Shown: positions 12,034 through 24,900 of the stretch, in pieces
How the letters are laid out: each line of letters begins with the position of its first letter
Numbering within the stretch: position 1 is the first letter of the stretch
Origin: Phallusia mammillata
Taxonomy: Eukaryota
Reading direction: 5' to 3'
DNA: 64,000 nucleotides
NCBI GenBank assembly: GCA_965637545.1
Contig: OZ281497.1
Coordinates: forward strand, 28,520,001 to 28,584,000
Made by a program: the position numbers and the translations under genes
Notes under the pieces: model-generated
What the model was told of the DNA's origin: nothing
The model's input: the letters and a program-made list of their open reading frames with translations, nothing else
Database searches by the model: none

Positions 12034-15000
12034 TAGTGTTTTGTTTCTTTGTCTCATTTGGGTTATTTTGCTGATATAAGTAACTTCGTACATATTTAGG
12101 TATTGCTAGACGTTTGCCACTAAACATGCAACAGAGGTGGAAACGACATGCTGGCGAAAGCTGTGTGGAAATAAACCGCAGACCACCGAAACCGGTCAAG
12201 CCCGCGCCAAGGATGATCAAAGCCTCGTCACATGCTGCTTCCGTGTCAACAGGTTACGACGGAAGGCAAGCATCGACAAGCAAGCCGATAGGTGACAAGT
12301 GTCCAATCTGTAACGTGCCGCACGCTTTAGCGCAATGTATAGTGTTTAAAGGAAAGCAGTTCGGAGAACGACTTCGGATAGTGCGAAGAGCTAGGCTCTG
12401 TGACAACTGTTTTGGTAGGTAACATCGCTAGAAATTGTACATTGCGGAGTTCTTGTTCAGTAGAAGGGTGTTGGCGTAGACATCACATGTTACTACCTCA
12501 TGATTTACCGGAACCCCAGTCGGACAATCTTTCACAGCGTAGAGACCAAAGGCCGAGACTAGCAAGGAATGGAACTGCCTCAAAGACCGTGGTAACCTCA
12601 ACTTCGTGTGCTGCGAATTCGTCCGTACCTCTGGTTGGCCAAAACGTGTTTATGAATATTGTCCCCGTAAAAATTATGTGTCAAAAACGGAAAGCAGGTT
12701 AAAACGTACGCCTTTCTGGATTCCGGTTCAAACTCGACGATGTCGAGACGGCTGCTAGATATGCTTAAACTAACAGGTGACAAAAATGAGCTTACGCTTT
12801 CAACGATTAATGGAAAAACACAGAACAACAATGGTCAGCTGAGCGCGGTCAAGACAGTTCTCGTCTGGTCTCTGTTCGGTATTGCTTCATCTCGTTGGTG
12901 CAGGAGGTCCGCGCACTTTTGCAGTGCGGAGGTTTTCCCCATGATGTACCTGCGAGCGACGCAACGAAGTCTTCATTTTCTTTAAAAGATGACATCGGTC
13001 AAGTGGAACGTGTTTTGTTGCTCCAGTTGTCTTGCAGGCGCGAATGTTGCTGCAACAGTTGTGCAGACAGGGTGTTGCCACAGCTGTACTGCAATGCATC
13101 TACAACACGGCCAAACGCATTCCCGCCTCTTTGGCAAATCGGCTAACGAAGATAGACGAAGGGTTTAATGCTTTACAGTGGAATGACGACGGGTCGCGGG
13201 GTAGATGGTTTGCTGGAACATCGTTTTTGTGCAAGTTGGAGGTTCAGTGGCCGACGAGTCTTTGATCCTAGACGTTCTATTCGAGGAGTTTGTGCTGAAA
13301 AAGCGAAAGGAAGTGGCAGTTCCTCATGTTTCTCCGAAATTGGACTTCACAGTTTATCAATCGATATTCGTCCTGGAAAAGTCTGAAGAAGACTGTGGCA
13401 TGGCAAGATTTTTTGTTGAATTCACCCGAACGAAAAAGAATCTAAACGTTAAGCGTTGCGGAACCGCAAAAAGTATGCAATGATCAAATACGTACTGCAG
13501 CAGAAGTTTGCTGAAGAAATTCGTGCACTTGAAAAAAACACGATCGTTAGTAAGCTGTGAACAAGCGTGTATCAAGGTAGATGAAATCTGGAAGGTCTTT
13601 GCAGAGACTGACTCCAATTTTGGTTGATGGTGTTTTTGCGTGTTGGTCGCTTGCATCGTGCTCCGGTGGCATATGACTTGAAGCATCCGGTGATTCTGCC
13701 AAACAAACACCACGTGATAACTCTTATAACCGAGGATCATCACAATACCGTTCTGCATTCTGGCATGGGTCTTACATGGACATCGCTACGACAGAAAAAC
13801 TGGGTTGTTTGTTGTGAAGTTGCAGCAAAGCGTGTGTTGGGACAATCGGAGACAGATGAAGGCAAACTTACCAAGTGAGCGAATAACGCGAGGAAAGCCC
13901 CCATTCAAGCGCTAGGGATTAAAATTTACGTGTCTGACACATTGAAATGCGCACTCGCTCTCAACGGATTCTTTTATTGACGGCCGACGAAGATTCATCG
14001 GTCGTCGAGGAAGACCGAAGAAGATCTTTAGCGACGACTGTACCAATTTCATCGCAGCTATTCGCATTTTGCGCGACTCGTTGAGGGCTTGCAATAAAGC
14101 GCAGATTTATGATTGCCTCAGACAGCGTGCCATTGAATTGGCTTTCAATCCGCGTACTGCAAGTAACATGGATGGAGTTTGGGAGGGGCTTATACGGTGT
14201 GCGAAAAATACTGAATGCTCTCATGTCTGAACAATATGTTTGAAGTGGAGGCGATACTTAAAATTACAAGGTACAAGGTGCCACAACTGTGCCGAGTGTT
14301 AAAAAGTGTTATATGAACACGATCGAATCGTGACTATAACGTTCTTTACTTACAGCAAGAGTAAGGGCTTCACAGGGCCTAAGGCTAACCAGCATTTAGT
14401 TGATATTGCGAGTTTAGTAGACACAACAGGTGCTAACAGGAAGGCCTACACAGTCTACCGCAAGGTGGCGCAATATATTTTATATTGTTGGTACCCCCTA
14501 AAACCGATCCTGGAAACCCAAAACTCACAACTTACTGGTGTACAGAGTTGAAACCGACGATTGTCACAGACGCACCATAGAAATAGCTTGCCATCGTCGT
14601 CAAAAATAACATCCCACTTAGAAGACAAATCATGCAGAAATTATTTAATGACCATAAACTACAAAAAAAGTGTGGAAGAAAGTTTTAGTAAAATGTGAAC
14701 TGAAAAGAATGATTATAAAGGTTGAATAGTTAAATTTCACAAGACCATAGACATAGTTTCCCTGTATTTACACACAATAACATCTGGTGATTTCGATTTA
14801 AACGCTTCTGCCGCAAATGGCCAAGTTTATCACATGATGCTGCATTGTAATATTTTTACCTTGTGTTTGCATAAGATTATAACCCTACATGTATAGTATC
14901 ACTGTGTAAATAACTTTTCACAGAAAAAACGGAGTATCGTAACAACACGCCAATTTTGAAGCCGTATACAACACATGACAAACTAAGTCGTGTTGTCAAG

Positions 15001-15718
15001 TGGCGTATTGTTCTGTGTTTTCTAAATTGATCGCCTGGACTTGAATCAACACATCTGGCGTGTTGTTCGTTTGTTTGAAATGTAGCTTTCGATTTTACAA
15101 AAAATAATTTTAGTGTTACACCAATTAGCTTGTTTTGTATGAAAAGGTACGCTACTTATAATACAAATAATACAAATCTGGTTTAGGAATTGTGGCACAT
15201 TGACATAGGCTTACTTCTGCAAAGCAATTTATCGTCCAGTATTGGAAGTTATCCAAAAAAAATATTGTCCATTTATCCGAAATGCTTCATTTAATATTTT
15301 TAACTTGTGTTCGTTTTTCAATTCTCATGTATAGTGTGTTAAAGATTTTTGTCGATATCTAACGACGGTCTTTATTGCTTGCTATTGAATCGGTATCAAT
15401 TGGTGTTTTGTTTATACCAGTTTGTGCACTTTTGTATTTAACTTGCACTAACAACTCCATTTGTTTTACATTCAATGTAGGTTATAGGTTTTCATTGATT
15501 TTCAAATAATAATGTTTTAATGATAAGTACTCTGGTCCATAATGAGATTGAAAGCGACATGTTTCATATTTCAAGTTTGTCGGCAAGTCTTTCATCATCA
15601 GTATTGCTGACATTTTAACGCAAGCAGTTACAAACAAACACAACTTGGACGCAATCGTGTGACAATCGCATGTAAATTGCTCAGTCGCATTCATAAACAA
15701 TCCCATTCATCGCAAAGA

Positions 15719-15955
15719 ATGGGTAATCAAGTAGTTAAACTGGATTCGACCCAAGAATCGGATGTTGATGGGCCGGGTTTTATCTTGAACCAAGGACCAG
15801 ATGATGCTGAGCCAGAATCAAGCCCATCCCTAAGACAGGATGCAATTGTTTACCAGCTCAACGCAACCGAAGAACTTAGAGATATGGTGTCCCAGACAAG
15901 TTTACACTACTGTTTGCCAGTTGATGAACAGGACAAGAATTTGGTTTTCAACTTG
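15719..15955 (+). CDS. NLR-1 first coding exon (79 aa; MGNQ start, one QGPDDAEPES unit)
   Basis: Open frame from ATG to TTG|GTAAGA (15956). The N-terminus and QGPDDAEP unit are homologous to the NLR-2 N-terminus at DNA level. Confidence 0.7.
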
Positions 15956-18900
15956 GTAAGACTTTTCACCTGATTCGCCAAGAAGTCGTCGATAGAAATC
16001 CCGAAAGTTTTTAAAGTGTAATTTTTTAAATATCGTCGATATGAAATCAGTACTTCCGCCGCCCACCAACGATTGAAATCGACGACTTCTTGTGGTATCT
16101 GGTGGACTTCTGAAAACCAGAATCCGTTTTGATCTCAAAATTTTCTTTGTGTAGGAAAGCAAACAAGCACCTCAGATTGGAGACACAAACATCCACACAA
16201 CTGGGCCAGTTTACAACGCTCCAATCTATCAACAACATATCACACAACATGTAACAGTGTGTCAAACTGACGAGAAAGCTCACTGCTCGTCTCAGCTTCC
16301 TGCTCCATGCTCTTTAGAAGAAGAAACTTCACCAAAACATCCAGCTACACCTCCTTTGCCCAAACGAACTCACTTTTCAGCTCAACCACCCGTTCAACAC
16401 TACATTAATGAAGAAACTTTACCCAAACTCCCTACAACGTCTATATCGGTAGCACAGAGACAGAGGTTTTCTAAAGATCAAACTTCATTGTTAACAGAGC
16501 ATGACATAAAACATGAATATGTTCAGTCTTCATCAGCACTGATGTTGTTGCTCAAGAAAAAAACACATGAAATTGCAAGTGAAGAATCGTCCCTGGCAGA
16601 TTTTGCCAACCGACCAATACCAACCGTCAACCTTGCCATAGTCAGCAAACCGCGGCAAATTGACAACGAGTTTCGAGCAGAAGGACATTATCGACGTAAA
16701 GAGGAACTTTACAACATACCACAAAGTGACATCACCGGTGAAGAAATGTTTGCTCGTGCAAAACAAACAGCACAAAGGGAAGCTGAATGGAAATTCAAGC
16801 CTAATGAAGTGAATGCAAAAGAAGGTTACGTGGAAAAACATGGAAACGTGGTCGGTGTGGTCGGACAAGCTGGAATAGGAAAGACGACCTCAGCCAAAAA
16901 GTGGGCCATGCAAGGTTTAAGGGAAGAATTGTTCGGAGAGACTTCCTTCTTCTTCTACATAGTGATCAGACACATCGACTTCACCACGGAGATGACACTT
17001 CTTCAGTTTCTTTTTTCCACTATGTCGATAGAACAAGATTACACCCCGGAACAAGAGAAAAGCATTATCAATGCCATTTGCAACGATCCGAATGTTGTGA
17101 TGATTTTCGACGGTTTCGACGAGGCAGCGATTGAGTCATTTTCTGCTGAAGTTCCCCAACCCCTTCTACACTCAAAGTCCAAAGCGGAAAACTATGTGAA
17201 GCATTTGGCGGGAGGAAACTTGCTTCCACGTGCTCGGAAGATTTTCACGTCACGACCCACTCAGCTATACAAGCTCCATCCTTTATATCGACCCAGGTTT
17301 ATTGTTCAAATACTTGGATTGACGCCAACATCACAAGATGAACTTGGACGTAAGATATGTGGAGACGGATACGACGGTGTACACCAAAAGCTAGTGGAAA
17401 ACCGCAATGTATTTGCTTACTGTTATGTTCCTGTCAATTTTATATTGACACTTGTCTACTTGATAAATTACGTAGGAGATATTCAGTTTGTTTCACTCAC
17501 TCGAGTCCTTGCTTTCACTTGTTGCCAATATCTAAAAACCAATCATTTAAGGGGCCAAGAAGCTGAGTTGGACAAACTGGCAAAACTGGCCTATGATGCA
17601 TTTCTGAAGATGGAGATTGTACTTAAAGCAAAAGCGTTTAAAAAAGCTGGTATCAAGGAATCCACAGCCGATGCATTTACAAACACATCGGTCACAAAGC
17701 ATGGGAATCTCAAGCTGACGATATTGGATGGTTACAAAGTTCGATATTTCTCTCATCTCATCTGGCAAGAGTTTTTTTCGGCTTTCTACCTGATGATGAT
17801 CATGTCCCTTGACGAGTTTGAGAAAGTCCTCAAACCACTTACAGATGCCAGATGGGAAGTTGTCTCTAACTTCGTTTTTGGGATTTGCGATTCTTCGGTT
17901 TTCTTACAACTTGAGCCGATTGTTCCAGAATGTTCCATCAGTGATTGGAAGCAAAAAAAATCTTTGCTGGTGAAATTTATGCGGTCTAAACCGAAGCTGA
18001 GCAGAGTAGAAATCGTGCAAATTTGCAGCTGGGCTCATGAGTCAAATGATCCAGAGATTGCTTCGTCAATGGCCTCCCTACTACCTGATGAGCTCGACCT
18101 TCGTGATTCATCTCTCCTTCCAGTTGATTACGAAAATCTTTCCTTCGTGATTCAACAAAGAGCGAAACCGGTAAAACTGTGGTTTTGCTAACTGCGCGTT
18201 AATTGTTGAGAAAAAAAAGCAAAAACGAACAGAGCCTCAACTAAAAACTTAAAAAATATAAATCATTAGAATCAAGACACATCTGTGTCAATCACCACGT
18301 TTGTATCACCACATTCATATCCACAGAACAGTAAAAATCAAAATCTCTATTAACGAAGTTAAAAAAAAACATCACATGCTAATTGTCCAACCATACTGAA
18401 CGCACAAGTAGCGTCAAAATTTTAATTACTTGTGCATTACTCCGACTAAAAGTGGTAGTTACATTCAGTACATAAAAGTTCATGGTCTTCAGTACATGGT
18501 CTTTGCGTATAGCTATACATGTTAAATAAATGTAGGGTTAAATATAAACAAAGGGTGGATGGAAAACAAAGTGAAATGTAAAATTAACCAAATAATAATG
18601 TTAAGTTAGATACACAAAGAGCAAGAACAAACGCAGTTAAATAAATAAAGTGCAAAAATACGTAAGAAATGAAATCTATTAAAAATACAAGCACATCCTA
18701 ATAAAGGAAAACTATGTGTGACGCTAAAAAGGTATATTGCAACTTAATCCAATATGCAAAATCGCTATGTGTGTCGGTTGCCGATTGTTTTGTAGTTTTG
18801 TAGCAAAAATAGCATCGTGTTGCCCATATCTTTGGGTCGTGGTTGCAATGTTTAGCTTAAAATTCGTCCAAATGACAACTTAAAATGTTGAATGCTTGCG

Positions 18901-21900
18901 TTTGCAATTTACAACTGCATAGCCATCCCTGCCCATATGTCATTTCATGCCAATTGTCGTTTTTGTTTTAATTTTTTTTTTGCCTGCAGCTAATATTTGA
19001 CAACATTTTTTCTCATTTTCTAAACAACTTGGATGCATCTTTTTTAGTTATTCAAATTCACTATAATCTCTAACATTAGGTTGTAGCTGACATGGCCCAC
19101 AATAATTTTCTTGCCCGAACAATTAACAAAGCAAATAACTTAAAAACATGCAACTTTTTCTCGCTTGTCAACACAATGCCACCCTACAAACAAATAAGGT
19201 TTAGTGTAAAATTTAATCGTGGAAACAAGACCATGGCGTTAACACGTCGCTCCAAACAATGCAAGTAACTAAAAAAGATTTTTACCTGCACAAACCACGG
19301 TTCAGACCAATGTTGTATACATCATTCAGTTTTAGCTGGATCCAGCTATACAAGCTGAAATCCGAGCCAAACCCGACATTTTAATATTTAAAGTAAAGAA
19401 ATCTCGTTTTTGACAACAATTCAACTTTTTTACCTTGCAACAAGTACATGCTCTTTAAAGCAAAAAGTACAATTTTTTCTATTTTTAAATTGTTGCACAA
19501 GTTGTTCCCAAATTGTGTTTTTGTATGCAGTAACGTGAAAAAAATCATTTCAAAACATGCAAAAAACAATGCTATAATACTCACTATATTGGGTTAAGTT
19601 AGGGTTAAGTTTAACATTCACAACAAGGCGAAATCCAAAGTATTTTAGTTTACTTGAATTTGTCACTACGATAAACGTAATAATATTTGTTGGATTAAAA
19701 TCAGCTGAGGACACTTAACCTTACCGAAAACGAAATCGACAAGATGGAAGCAGCTTCACTCTCCCCTTGCCTTCACAACATGGAAGAACTTATACTGGAG
19801 GGTTGTAAGATCGGAAGCGAAGGGGTCGAGAAACTATGCGAGGGGGTGAAAAGGCTAACAAAGCCGGTAAAACCAAAATTTAAGCATTGCATAAACCGTG
19901 TTAGTAAAACTGCAATTTTTCTTCACAGTTATTTTTGTACTGACAAACTTAGCAAATAGTTGTTGTCCAAGGGCAAAAGATTTTTCAATTTAAGGAAAAT
20001 AATGTCTTGTCTAGTAAATATATATTTGTGACGTCAGAATTGCATTTTGTCTTCACAACTAAAGGGACATATGAATTAACTCAAACAATAAAAGACCTTT
20101 TTGTTCCGTTAATTGTTTGAGTTGGCAATATACAAAAGTCAAGCCATCCTGCCGCACATGTCAGTCCATAAATATTTTTCCTTTCTTTTCCATTCTCACA
20201 GCATGAAGCCTCTATTTTGAGAAATCAGTTTCACAAAGTAGCAGTATGGGTGGATTTGTTTGCAACAATTTCAAAAGTGTACAAGTCTAATTTCAACAAA
20301 CAGGTTGACATTTGACAACAAATTGTCCTCATAACAATGTGCATGTAACGCATTTCACTACACTGGTGGAACTATTTCCAACATATTGTTGTAATTGAAC
20401 CACTTTTTTCAAAAAAATGAACGAAGCAAAACAATAACATTTAAACTTTTAAATATCCTTACAAGCCGATACTGCCCGACATCAATATTTTTAAACAAAC
20501 AACTTTGTCACAGCTTTTTTGTGCATCTAGCGTGACGGACAACAACGCATTGTGAAACAAACGTAATTATTTTACTCATGTGTTGCTATAACACCAAGTC
20601 GCTCGACACATGCACAAGGTCTGATATTAATGTTGTCGGTGAAACACGGCCAGGCGTTAGCACATCATTTTAGCAAAACCTAATATTTACAAATATCAGA
20701 CCCTGCGTTCAAGCAAAGTTGTAAACGGATCTCAAATAGGTCCAGCCGGAAAATAAAATCCAAAATCCTGCCTAAACCCGACATTATGCTAAAATAAAAT
20801 CGTAATTAGGCCAAAACTTAGATTTACTAAAGCCATAAGTACCCTAGTGTCAATTCAGGCCGCCTCTAGCCCGTTTTATTTAAAAAACTGAAACCTAAAC
20901 AAGCACATGACCCGAAAACTTTTTTTTTCTTTTTCTAACTTTTTTTCGTTTCTTTATTTTGAGTTTATTTTTTCTGAGTAAAACAAATTTAAAAATTAAC
21001 AACAAGGCGTAATTCGAACTAAATTTGTCTGTTTTGTTTACTGGCATGATCACTGCGATAAATGTAATTTTATTTGTTGCTTTAAAATCAGCTGAAGATA
21101 CTCGACCTCTCCGACAACGAGATCGGCAACACAGGAGCTGCTTCGCTGGATCCTAGCCTTCACGAAGAACTTATACTGAAAATGTGTGAGATTGAAAGTG
21201 AAGGTGTCAAAAAACTCTGCGATAGAGTAAAAAGGATAACGAAGCCGGTAAAACCTTGTGAAATTTAAAAACACTTACATAAACCTGTATTAGTGAACTG
21301 TTAATTTCCTTTAAAGGTATATTTCTTACTGATAACTGGTAATAATGTCATTTTGTCCAGTAAATATAAAATTGTGACTTAAGAATCTAATTTTGTTCGA
21401 AAAAGACTTTGAATAACCTCGAACAGTGAACGACAAGTGAGAAATTTAAACATTATTTTGTTTCTATTTTTTTTACATATCAGAATGATAACTTGAAAAA
21501 GCATTAAAACATAAACTTGAAAAAGCTCTGAAAGCCCCTAACCCATACAATGATTTTAATATAATCTTTATATTTTACATGAAAGCATGTGTCAAAGTGT
21601 GTATTTTTCTTTTACTCTATATTTCTGTGTTTCAACGACTGTTTGTGTTGCTTTCTTACTTAAATGACTCAGAAACATCGTCTCTGCACCATAAAGCTTC
21701 TAACGCTTTATAACTTAGTTGTTTCCGGCGCTTCCGAACGGATTCTTACAACATTTACGTACAAAGCACTCGAACAACGCTTGCTTCCATCGTTAGTTCT
21801 ACCTTTCTCTCTTTCTCTCTCCCTCTTCTCTCTACATGACTCGGATATGTGGACAACACCGCTTCAATGTTAGATACACAAAGAGGTACAATTGCATTAA

Positions 21901-24900
21901 AATATAGTACACAAACAAAAAAAAATACTGGAAGTCAAAGCACAATCTAGTTATGGGAAACTACGTAAATGCCGTCTTGGTGTGCGATACAATAAGAAAA
22001 TAACAATATTCGTATGCGATCATTACAAGTGACGCAACAGACCAAAGTTTCAATCCAAGAAAGGCCTTTTGGATCGGTTTTAAACATATTTTTTATGTCT
22101 GCAGCAGGGATATAATCGTGTTGTCCATATTTTTGTCTGTTGGTTGCAATTTCAATTGAAATCTATGCGTTTTATTGAAATTTATTCACAAGACTAAATT
22201 TACAAAAATGTCCACTGAATATGAAACTTTCTATTCAACCATTAATATGGCCATGTTTTATTCGAGTAAGTTATAGTCATAGATAAAAATTTTAACAAAA
22301 ACTAAACCAGTTCACAGATTAGTCACACTTGATTTTAACATTATTTCAGTAATGAGGTTTTGTGTGTAGACTTTCAGTTTTTCAACTAATACTTGCTGCT
22401 TTATTTTGTAAAAAAATAGTTAATAGCTAGATCAAAAAATACTATTACAACTCCAGTAAAAACACTACTTTTTTCACTTTTAAGCCATGTGCTTGCCGTG
22501 TGCAACTAAAATGAATCTTAAGGTCAGGACGTAACAAAGAGTTATAAAACTCGTTGCTGCGAAGCGCACAGCCTCGTCGTAGATAACGTTATGGTCCACA
22601 TACAAAAATTAATATTGCCGGTTTACCAAGGCGGAAATCATTCTTTTTATATATTGCTCAACCATAAAAAATTTGTGATGGATGTTATTTGTAATATAAT
22701 AGTACATCAAGTAAAATTATCTAGGGGGTGCTGCAGCCTCGCAGCACCCTAGCACGAGACGCCCCTGCAAGTAAAACAAGCCATTCTACCCCACATGTCA
22801 GTCCATAACAATATTCCGTAGTTTCAGCATGAAGTCTTCACTTTAGGAAACAAGTTTCACTTCGTTACACTAGAAGGAAATTTGTTTGCAGTAAATGTAA
22901 TTAAGACTAGTTTCAACTAAGATTTTTTCTTTATAAATGAACGAAGCAAAACAATAACAAGCAAACTTTATTAAGAAAAAATGCCGATACTGTCACTCAT
23001 ACAGACATCAACATTTTTGAACAATTCCTTTTGGCAGCATTTTTGTATCTAGCACATACGAATACACAAAAATGCGCAGTGAAACAAACGTGCAGCGCAT
23101 ACTTGTTTTGCTCATGTGTTGCTATAATACCAGGTCACCGAGAAACGCACAAGGTCTAATGTTAATGTTATCAGTGAAACAAAGCCAGGCGTTAGAACAT
23201 CATTTGCAAAAAATAACTTTTATATATTTTAAAACCTGGAATCAAGCAAGAGTTGAAAACATGTCTGAAATTAGGTCAACCTGAAAAAAAAAAAAAAACT
23301 TCAGCCTGACTTACAATTCTGGTTCAGGCAATACAGCAACACACACACACCTTTTTTTTCTTTCTTTATGTTGAATTTATTTTTCTGGGTAAAACAATTC
23401 AAACATTTAAAACAAGGCGTAGTCCGAAAGTGTAGTTGTTACTGCAGTAAATGTCATTACATTTGTTGCCTTAAAATTAGCTGAAGATACTCGACCTCTC
23501 CGACAACAAGATCGGCAACACGGGAGCAGCTTCACTCGCTCCTTGCCTTCACAACATGGAACAACTAATATTGCGGAAATGCAACCTTGGAAGTGAAGGC
23601 GTCGAAAACATCTGCGATGGAGTCAAGAGTCTAAAAAAGCCGGTAAAGCATCTTGAAGTTTGAAACTTTCAAAATTTCATCAAATTATTTTTGAACCTTG
23701 TCAATCTGATTTAAGGGTATATTTTATACTGAAAGCTGTTACTTTAAAATAGTTTCGGAAGCTTACGAAAATAATGTCCTTTTGTCTAGCACAAATACAT
23801 GTGTGATGTCATAATTAAATTTTGTCTTCGCTATACAAAGTGTCATTGATGTAGTTCGAATAGTGAACAAACGAGATACGCAAAACATTATGTTGTTCCT
23901 ATTTTACTTGCGTGAAAGAATGATAATTGTATGATGTCATGTAAGATGTCCACGAAAGTTACTAGGTTCGTTTCCATGTACTTGTGTTTGTTAAAATGTC
24001 CGACAGAATCAAACAAAAACGACATATGATTTCAATGGAAGTTTTGCTTCAAACATTTTTTCTTTAAAACGTAAACTAAACAGAAAAACAAATAAGCGTT
24101 TGTTTGCAATGAAATAAAATTGTTTAGTCGGAAAAGTGCGATCAACTAATGTTAAGCTCATGCGCCGACAAAAACTCTGTTTGAAATCATTCAAAATATT
24201 ACATTCATTTTTGTACTAAAATCAAGTCAAGCATTTACCACTAGGCGTAATCTGAAGTTATGCTGTGATATCTTTTTTTATTTACCAGTATTTGTCATAG
24301 CGATAAATGTAATAATGTTTGTTGCATTAAAATCAGCTGACGAGATTCGACCTCTCCCACAACAAAATCGGAGAAACAGGAGCAGCATTACTAGCCCCTT
24401 GCCTTCAAAACACGGAAGAACTTGTTCTGGTTGTATGTGGGATCGGTATTGAAGGAGTAGAGAAACTCTGCGATGGAGTGGAAAAGCTAACAAAGCCGGT
24501 AAAAGACGTATATTATTTTATAAGTGGTTTACAAGATTTTATGTACTTGCAAACGCTACAATCTGTTTATTCAAACCTAATCTTAAATAAAAAAACATGT
24601 TTTTGTTTTAGTAAACCTGTAATATGTTAAGCTTGTAAATGTTCGTTATAGGTATTTTTGTACTGACAACAAGTACTTTGAAATAGTTATCTTGGTCGCG
24701 ATCGATTTTTAAATGTTAGGTTATGCTAGTCACGAAAATATACCGTTGTTGCATCACAATTCAAATTTGTCGTCACAATAAAATAAGTTCATTATTTCTT
24801 TGCAATAATAAACACTAAAAACAACATAATATGTAAAAGACACAGTCATCATGTTGTCATATAAATTTGCATGGTGTGGTAATTAGTATTAACAAAAACA

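Larger units (their letters stand above)
9036..14270 (+). mobile_element. Decayed BEL/Pao LTR retrotransposon (gag-PR-RT/RH-IN), interrupted by a Penelope-like element
   Basis: Gag-like LPELLHFYGS..KLNCLIQYCAGEAK..ARKVLHDHYG (9.2-9.5 kb). Triple Cys-His knuckles CPICNVPHALAQC / CDNCFGRxHIARNC / CSVEGCWRRH (12.3-12.5 kb). Protease AFLDSGS (12.71 kb). TAVLQCIYN..LANRL (13.1 kb). Integrase HPVILP..HHNTVLHSG, RRFIGRRG..SD and GVWE (13.7-14.2 kb). Many stops and frameshifts; no LTR pair found. Confidence 0.88.

Noticed and set aside
13357-14224. Minus-strand ORFs 13357..13758, 13912..14094 and 13961..14224
   Set aside because: Antisense to the BEL integrase remnants read on the + strand.
15659-16259. 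ORF-track starts at 15659 and 16257 (GTG)
   Set aside because: These are alternative start codons used by the ORF caller. ATG 15719 matches the NLR-2 start, and the 16257 frame extends back to the acceptor at 16154.
18171-18191. ORF tails VKLWFC* (18171-18191) and VML* (51167-51178) as true C-termini
   Set aside because: Both begin exactly at GT donors equivalent to those of the LRR exons, so they are intron read-through. An LRR-less isoform is possible but unsupported.
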